From: Acidobacteriota bacterium
GTDB taxonomy: Bacteria; Acidobacteriota; Holophagae; Thermotomaculales; Thermotomaculaceae
Assembly: GCA_026986725.1 (NCBI GenBank)
Contig: JALSOA010000124.1
Span: 6,296-70,295, forward strand
Direction of reading: 5' to 3'
Length of the DNA stretch: 64,000 nt
Made by a program: the position numbers and the translations under genes
Part shown: positions 58,643 to 64,000 of the stretch, in pieces
Numbering within the stretch: position 1 is the stretch's first letter
Layout of the letters: each line of letters starts with the position of its first letter
Notes under the pieces: model-generated
What the model saw: the letters and a program-made list of their open reading frames with translations, nothing else
Told to the model about the DNA's origin: nothing
Databases searched by the model: none

Positions 58643-58644
58643 CT

Positions 58645-58671
58645 AAAAACCGGGGTTATCCCGGTTTTTTT
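58645..58671. terminator. Bidirectional rho-independent terminator between convergent genes
   Basis: AAAAACCGGG-GTTAT-CCCGGTTTTTTT, with A and T tracts on both sides. Confidence 0.75.
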
Positions 58672-59527
58672 ATAACAAAATCTTCTCCTTATAATTTACA
58701 TAGGCTGCGTAAAGGACAAGAAAAATCCCTATAAATGAGATTTTATCAGGCAATTCATTGAAAAAGATATAAGCCAGGAAAGTTGCAAACGGAATGTTAA
58801 TGTAGGAATACAGGCTTGCCTCACCAACTTTTGTTAAGGAGTAAGATCTGGTCATTGAAAGCTGGGCGCTCATTGTAAATACCCCTAAAAACAAAACCAA
58901 AAGCCAATCAAAAGGATTGTGAGGCAACTTAACACCCTGATAAATCATTAAAGGGGCAAGTATAAAGTTTGAAACAAAAAAGAAAAACCATACAATAACC
59001 GCAGGCTCGTTTGTTTCCCCTAATTTTCTTATTATGGTGTGGGCAATTGCTGAAAAGAAAGCAGAGCAAAGAGGCAAAAAGAGATAAAAATACACTCCTT
59101 TATTAAATCCCGGCTTAAAAATCAACAAAATACCCGCAAAAGCAATGAAGAAAGCAATGAACTTATACTTTGAACTCTTTTCTTTTAAGAAAAACCACGA
59201 CAACAGTATAATCAAAAAAGGCGCTGTCTTCTGTATGGTTATTACAGTGGCAACAGGGAGTTTTGAAAGTGAGTAAAAGTAAAAAAGCGCTGCAAAGCTT
59301 CCCATAACCCCCCTTGCTATCAATAACTTAATATTGTTAAATCTGAATTTTTTTATCCCCCTTTGCAACAAATAGACAGAAAGAAAAACAAATGCCGTGA
59401 AGTTTCTTGCAAAGATCATTTCAAATACAGGGTATTCTTTTGCAAGATACTTAAAGTCTATTGCAAGGAATGCATAACAGCAAGATGCAAGTACCATCCA
59501 GTAAAATGCCTTTACCCTGTCTTTCAT
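58670..59527 (-). CDS. EamA/DMT family transporter
   Basis: 285 aa, about 10 TM helices in two EamA-like halves. Confidence 0.75.
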   Translation of the reverse strand: MKDRVKAFYWMVLASCCYAFLAIDFKYLAKEYPVFEMIFARNFTAFVFLSVYLLQRGIKKFRFNNIKLLIARGVMGSFAALFYFYSLSKLPVATVITIQKTAPFLIILLSWFFLKEKSSKYKFIAFFIAFAGILLIFKPGFNKGVYFYLFLPLCSAFFSAIAHTIIRKLGETNEPAVIVWFFFFVSNFILAPLMIYQGVKLPHNPFDWLLVLFLGVFTMSAQLSMTRSYSLTKVGEASLYSYINIPFATFLAYIFFNELPDKISFIGIFLVLYAAYVNYKEKILL

Positions 59528-60126
59528 CTTTCATCTATCCTCTCTTCTTCACCTTTGAGTAGCCTTATAATATTCTTTTTGTGAAAAAGCACTATTAAAC
59601 ATCCTATAAAGATTAAAAACCACATATCTTTAAGGGTTAAATATCGTTGAAAATGAAAGTAAACAGCAAAAAAAACAAGAAATAACGAAGAAACAATAGA
59701 GGCCAATGAAACCCTTTTAAAGAGTAAAAATAAAACTGCAAACATAAAAAAAACCGCCAGGAACACAAAAGGGTAAAAGAAAAAAACAACTCCTGCTCCA
59801 GTACTTACTCCCTTTCCCCCTTGAAAATTCAAAAAAATGGGAAAAGCATGACCAATTAAAACAGAAAAGGCAATAATGTAAAGGTAACCATCGGAGAGTT
59901 TAAAAAAGTGTGAAATAATGAACAATAAAGCATAACCCTTTAAAAAATCAAGAATAAAACCATAGACAAAGAATCTGAATCCACAAACCCTATAGAGATT
60001 GGTTGCTCCAACATTTCCGCTTCCGGTTTTTCTGAGATCAACCCCATTGCAAAGATATGCCAGAATATAACAAAATGGTATAGAACCAATCAGATAGGAC
60101 AATAAAAAAACAAAAGTCAAATTCAT
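59524..60126 (-). CDS. plsY: Glycerol-3-phosphate acyltransferase PlsY
   Basis: 200 aa. Motifs GSGNVGATN and FQGGKGV. Confidence 0.9.
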   Translation of the reverse strand: MNLTFVFLLSYLIGSIPFCYILAYLCNGVDLRKTGSGNVGATNLYRVCGFRFFVYGFILDFLKGYALLFIISHFFKLSDGYLYIIAFSVLIGHAFPIFLNFQGGKGVSTGAGVVFFFYPFVFLAVFFMFAVLFLLFKRVSLASIVSSLFLVFFAVYFHFQRYLTLKDMWFLIFIGCLIVLFHKKNIIRLLKGEEERIDER

Positions 60127-60158
60127 AACATTGTAAATTATACTTTATGTTTGCATTT

Positions 60159-60167
60159 TGTTATAAT
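60159..60167 (+). promoter_or_regulatory. Extended -10 element (TGTTATAAT) upstream of the metal ABC operon
   Basis: TGT+TATAAT lies 30 nt upstream of ATG 60197. This is the same 9-mer as at 47238. Confidence 0.35.
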
Positions 60168-60196
60168 ATTTTGAGATTGAATAAGGGAGGCATTTT

Positions 60197-61018
60197 ATGA
60201 AGAAATTAATTATAAACCTTCTGTTTTTTATGTTCACAGCATCACTTTTTGCAAATAAACCTCTAATTGTAACCTCTGTTTTCCCTGTTAAAGACCTTGT
60301 GTCCAGGGTAACAAAAGACAGAGCAGATGTAAAGTTTGTTATTCCTGTAGGGGCAAACCCTCACACATTTGAACCAACACCTCTTCAGGCAAAGATTATT
60401 GAAAATGCAGATATTTTTATCGGGGTGTCCAGGCAATTTGACGGCTGGATTGAAAAGTATTTAAACAAGAATGCAAAGGTTTTTTATATTATGAAAGGGT
60501 CAAAGAATCCTCACATCTGGCTATCTTTCAGTACAGCCTGTGGTGTGGTGTACAGTACCTATCATTTCTTGAGCAAAATAGATCCAAAAAATAAAGAGTT
60601 CTATCATAAAAATTATCTTAACTATGCAAAAGAAATCCAGGAAACAAGAATCAAGTATTTTAAAAAATTTCTAAAACTAAAAGAAGTGCCTGTTATTCAG
60701 TATCACCCTGCATGGGAGTACCTGGCAAGAGATTTAAACCTTAGAATTATAGCAACCATCTATCCAACAAACAACAAAATAGTGTCAATAAAAACATTGA
60801 CGACTATTTTGAAACTTGCTCAAAAGGTAAAAGCAAGGGGTATTCTCTGCAGTTTGAATACAAAAGATAAAGTAATAGATGTTTACCTGAATGAGGTCAA
60901 AGGGCTTAAAAAGATTGAACTTGACCCTATTGGTGACCCTGACAGTAAAGACAGAAACTCTTTTTTAAAATTGATGGAATTTAATTGTGAAAGGATTTAC
61001 AGGGCTTTAAGCCAATGA
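60197..61018 (+). CDS. Metal (Zn/Mn) ABC transporter substrate-binding protein, TroA/ZnuA family
   Basis: 273 aa. Signal peptide and metal-ligand contexts GANPHTFEP and NPHIWL. Confidence 0.8.
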   Translation: MKKLIINLLFFMFTASLFANKPLIVTSVFPVKDLVSRVTKDRADVKFVIPVGANPHTFEPTPLQAKIIENADIFIGVSRQFDGWIEKYLNKNAKVFYIMKGSKNPHIWLSFSTACGVVYSTYHFLSKIDPKNKEFYHKNYLNYAKEIQETRIKYFKKFLKLKEVPVIQYHPAWEYLARDLNLRIIATIYPTNNKIVSIKTLTTILKLAQKVKARGILCSLNTKDKVIDVYLNEVKGLKKIELDPIGDPDSKDRNSFLKLMEFNCERIYRALSQ

Positions 61019-61788
61019 AACCATACATTTTAATTGAAGATCTTGAGGTAAAATACCAGCAAAAGATTGTCCTTGAAAATATATACCTTGAAGTAAACAA
61101 AGGTGAAATCGTCTGCGTTGTAGGGCCGAATGGCGGAGGTAAAACAACGCTTTTAAAGGTAATACTTGGTTTAAAAGATTATTCAAAAGGCAGTGTACTT
61201 GTGCTTGGCAAACCACCTGAATATGTTGACAGAAAAGAAATTGGTTACCTTCCCCAGCAGGAAAGTTCGGCGAGAAATTTCCCCATATCTGTCTTTGAGG
61301 TTGTTTTAATGGGAAGGTATCCAAAAATAGGGCTTTTGAAAAAACCCGATAAAGAAGACAAAAGAATAGTGGAGGAATGCCTCAAACTGGTAAAAATGGA
61401 GCATCTTAAAGAAGAAAACATAAACAATCTTTCAGGTGGACAGAGGCAAAGGGTTTTTATAGCAAGGGCTCTTGCAATGGAACCAAAGATACTTATCCTT
61501 GACGAACCTTCAACAGGATTGGACATAGTTGCTCAGGAAGATTTTTACAAAACACTTGTTGAGATAAGAGATAAAAAAGAAATGGCTATTTTAATGGTAT
61601 CTCACGATATAGGGGTTGTGTCCACCTTTGTCGACAAAATAGCCTGCTTAAACAGAACTATTCATTACCACGGAAAAAGCGGACAACCAATACCAGAGGA
61701 TGTTTTGAAGAAGGTTTTTGGAACAAACATTCAAATACTTGTACACGATCAACATTGCAGGGGTTGCCACAGGGGGAACAATGATTGA
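61015..61788 (+). CDS. Metal ABC transporter ATP-binding protein (ZnuC-like)
   Basis: 257 aa. Walker A GPNGGGKTT, signature LSGGQRQR, Walker B ILILDEP. Confidence 0.9.
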   Translation: MKPYILIEDLEVKYQQKIVLENIYLEVNKGEIVCVVGPNGGGKTTLLKVILGLKDYSKGSVLVLGKPPEYVDRKEIGYLPQQESSARNFPISVFEVVLMGRYPKIGLLKKPDKEDKRIVEECLKLVKMEHLKEENINNLSGGQRQRVFIARALAMEPKILILDEPSTGLDIVAQEDFYKTLVEIRDKKEMAILMVSHDIGVVSTFVDKIACLNRTIHYHGKSGQPIPEDVLKKVFGTNIQILVHDQHCRGCHRGNND

Positions 61789-62581
61789 ATTACTGAACTA
61801 TGAATTTGCCAGAAATGCCTTGATTGCAGGGAGTCTAATCAGCATACTCTTTGGATTTCTCTCATTCTTTGTTGTTATGAAGAAACTATCTTTTTTAACG
61901 GTTGGCATATCCCATGCAGCGTTCGGAGGCATTGCACTGGGGCTTCTCATTGGTTTAAGCCCCTATCCAACTGCCATAATCTTCTGTATATTAACCGGGT
62001 TTTTAATTGCTTCTCAATCAAACAGATCAGAATATGATACCGTAATCGGAATTATTTTTGCCCTAACAATGGCACTTGGAGTCATCTTTCTCTCTTTAAG
62101 AAAATCTTACACATTTGATCTAATGTCTTACCTTTTTGGCAGTATTTTAGGTATAAACAAAACAGATCTTCTCTTTATTACCATAACCACAATCCTTGTC
62201 ACACTTTTTTTCACTTTATTCTTTAAAGAGATAATCTTCATAACATTTGACAAAACCGTTGCAAAGGCATCGGGGTTACCTGTCGATGTTTTCGAATACT
62301 CAATAGTGGCAATTCTGAGTTTCGTAATTGTTTTCAGCATAAAATTAATAGGGATTATACTGGTTTCGGCGTTTCTGATAATCCCTGCGGCAACAACCAT
62401 TTTTATTGCAAATAATTATAAAAAGGTAATTATGCTTTCAATTGTATTAAACCTTGTTATTTTTTACTCCGGATTTTTTTTAAGTTACAAACTTGACCTT
62501 CCTGCCGGGGCAACCATTGTTACAATTGGAGCACTTATTTTCTTTGCAACATCTTTTATTAATAAAAAATTTTTTAATTGA
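61781..62581 (+). CDS. Metal ABC transporter permease (ZnuB-like)
   Basis: I start it at ATG 61781, which overlaps the znuC-like stop, rather than the track start at 61718. Polytopic ABC-3 type permease. Confidence 0.85.
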   Translation: MIELLNYEFARNALIAGSLISILFGFLSFFVVMKKLSFLTVGISHAAFGGIALGLLIGLSPYPTAIIFCILTGFLIASQSNRSEYDTVIGIIFALTMALGVIFLSLRKSYTFDLMSYLFGSILGINKTDLLFITITTILVTLFFTLFFKEIIFITFDKTVAKASGLPVDVFEYSIVAILSFVIVFSIKLIGIILVSAFLIIPAATTIFIANNYKKVIMLSIVLNLVIFYSGFFLSYKLDLPAGATIVTIGALIFFATSFINKKFFN

Positions 62582-63428
62582 GATAACTTTTAAGGATAGC
62601 CTTGTATCTTGATTTTTTTAGCTTGTTAAGTGCAGACTTTTCAATCTGCCTTACCCTTTCCCTTGAAAGATTCATAATCTTTCCAATTTCCTGCAAAGTT
62701 TTTGGTTCCTCCCCATTTAAGCCAAACCTGTGGACCAACACAGTTCTCTCTCTCTCATCCAGGATGGACAGAGATTCCATTAGATGTTCAACAAAAGATT
62801 TTTTGATCAACTCTGTTTCGGCGTCAACCACACTCTCCTGTTCAATAACATCTTCATAGTTCAATTCATCGGTATCTGAAGAAATATAGTCGTCAAGAGA
62901 TTTATGCTCTCCATAGGTGGTTAGAAGGGAATTTAATGCAAGTTCATCAATATCCATTGCTTCTGCAAGTTCAGAGGGTGTGGGATCTCTGTTTAACTCC
63001 TTCTGCAATTCATTAAATTTTTTACCCATATTATTTAAAAGATTAAGGGTTTTATAGGAAATCTTGAATATCCCACTTTGCTCTGCAATTGCAGAGATTA
63101 TTGCCTGCTTAATCCACCAGACAGCATAGGTTATAAACTTTACATCCCTATCAGGGTCAAACCTTTTTGCAGCCTCAATCAATCCTAAATTTCCCTCGTT
63201 AATAAGATCCATAAACGGTACCCCTCTGCCCCTGTACTTTTTAGCAATGGAAACGACAAACTTTAAATTAGCCTCAACCAGTCTTCTCAACGCCTCTTCA
63301 TCACCTTTTTTAATTCTCCTTGCAAGTTCTTTTTCCTCTTCAGGAGTAAGAGGGGGAATCCTGTTTATCTCGCTTAAATACTTTTTTAAAGCCTCTTCTT
63401 CTTCAAAAAACCTGTACTTTTTTGCCAT
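62574..63428 (-). CDS. Sigma-70 family sigma factor with regions 1.2-4.2 (compact RpoD/RpoS-like)
   Basis: 284 aa. Motifs LKKYLSEINRIPPLTPEEE, NLKFVVSIAKKY, FITYAVWWIKQAI, LSRERVRQIEKSAL. Confidence 0.85.
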   Translation of the reverse strand: MAKKYRFFEEEEALKKYLSEINRIPPLTPEEEKELARRIKKGDEEALRRLVEANLKFVVSIAKKYRGRGVPFMDLINEGNLGLIEAAKRFDPDRDVKFITYAVWWIKQAIISAIAEQSGIFKISYKTLNLLNNMGKKFNELQKELNRDPTPSELAEAMDIDELALNSLLTTYGEHKSLDDYISSDTDELNYEDVIEQESVVDAETELIKKSFVEHLMESLSILDERERTVLVHRFGLNGEEPKTLQEIGKIMNLSRERVRQIEKSALNKLKKSRYKAILKSYLN

Positions 63429-63430
63429 TA

Positions 63431-63838
63431 TTACTTTTCATCCTCATTATCAATGTCAAGTTTAATAATACCTGAACGGGGGATTTTAACAAGTGCATTT
63501 TTGATCTTTTCTTCACCATTTTTCACATGCTCAAGGATAATCTTCTGCAAAGCCATGGTTAATTGATTTATCTCTTTTTGCATTTGTTCCATTTTTTCTC
63601 GCATATTGAGTATAACTTCAATCCCTGCAAGGTTTACTCCAAGATTCCTTGCAAGATTTAAAATCACCTCAAGCCTTTCAAGGTCTTTTTGTGAGTAAAG
63701 CCGGGTATTACCCTCAGTTCTTGATGGTGTTAGAAGACCATGCTTTTCATAGAGCCTCAATGTTTGAGGATGAACATTGTACATCTTTGCCACAACGCTT
63801 ATCATATAATAAGGCTCATTGTTTTTCTTTTTAACCAT
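63431..63838 (-). CDS. hspR: MerR-family heat-shock regulator HspR
   Basis: 135 aa. HTH motif YMISVVAKMYNVHPQTLRLYEKHGLLTPSRTEGNTRLYS. It lies downstream of a DnaJ/CbpA-like gene. Confidence 0.8.
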   Translation of the reverse strand: MVKKKNNEPYYMISVVAKMYNVHPQTLRLYEKHGLLTPSRTEGNTRLYSQKDLERLEVILNLARNLGVNLAGIEVILNMREKMEQMQKEINQLTMALQKIILEHVKNGEEKIKNALVKIPRSGIIKLDIDNEDEK

Positions 63839-63849
63839 AATACACCCCT

Positions 63850-64000
63850 TTAAACCTTCAAATGCGCTCTAATTGCTTCCCTGTCTTCGTATTGCTCAAG
63901 TTCTTTCATTATCTCCCTCACCCTTGTATCAACTATTGAGGGAGTTTTAATTTCTATCTCAAGAAACATATCACCATTCTTGCCAGTTAACCTTGATTTC
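63850..64000 (-). CDS. C-terminal end of a DnaJ/CbpA-like co-chaperone (5' part outside the window)
   Basis: Hand translation gives ...KSRLTGKNGDMFLEIEIKTPSIVDTRVREIMKELEQYEDREAIRAHLKV*. It resembles the DnaJ C-terminal-domain end (GDLyv.i.v..P..l). Stop at 63850-63852. Confidence 0.6.
   Translation of the reverse strand, partial: KSRLTGKNGDMFLEIEIKTPSIVDTRVREIMKELEQYEDREAIRAHLKV

Noticed and set aside
47238-60167. Shared TGTTATAAT 9-mer at 47238 and 60159 as a specific regulatory motif
   Set aside because: It is simply an extended -10 consensus in an AT-rich genome. Two occurrences are not evidence for a dedicated regulator site.

Overview
AT-rich (GC judged by eye, not computed), densely coding bacterial chromosomal segment with about 65 CDS and 1 tRNA. 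The organism is probably a diderm, since a secretin, Lnt and a beta-barrel OMP are present. The K/E/I-rich proteins look thermophile-like, but I cannot assign a taxon.

Layout:
- 1-14427 (minus): a single 15-gene Tad/Flp (type IVc) pilus operon. It carries four FHA modules in three proteins, including the CpaF motor ATPase. It also has an in-frame Flp-TadE double prepilin and a Cys-rich TadG-like protein, and it has no TadZ/CpaE. The last gene runs off the left edge and is missing from the ORF track.
- 14629-16674: S9 peptidase.
- 16821-16897: tRNA-Arg(CCG).
- 16906-25017 (minus): complete MoxR-DUF58-BatA-E (Bat aerotolerance-type) operon.
- 25158-27707: panE-like gene and gdhA.
- 27840-29836: the only clearly accessory stretch, an AT-richer type II R-M pair plus an orphan MNT nucleotidyltransferase.
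- 29966-32473: buk-ptb-ptb'.
- 32460-37870 (minus): overlapping operon mixing two histidine kinases and two receiver proteins with nnr and tsaE.
- 37884-62581: housekeeping genes: SNF transporter, J-domain/TPR protein, glmS, maeB, a cNMP-binding/FHA protein, KamA-family radical SAM, OMP, rnhB, M24 peptidase, PduO-type adenosyltransferase, AMMECR1, pyk, lnt, hflX, DEAD helicase, plsY and a Zn/Mn ABC transporter.
- 62574-64000 (minus): cbpA(partial)-hspR-sigma70-family operon at the right edge.

I saw no CRISPR array, transposase, integrase or rRNA. The best candidate for something undescribed is the FHA-saturated, TadZ-less Tad operon. All domain calls are by-eye motif recognition and need HMM confirmation.
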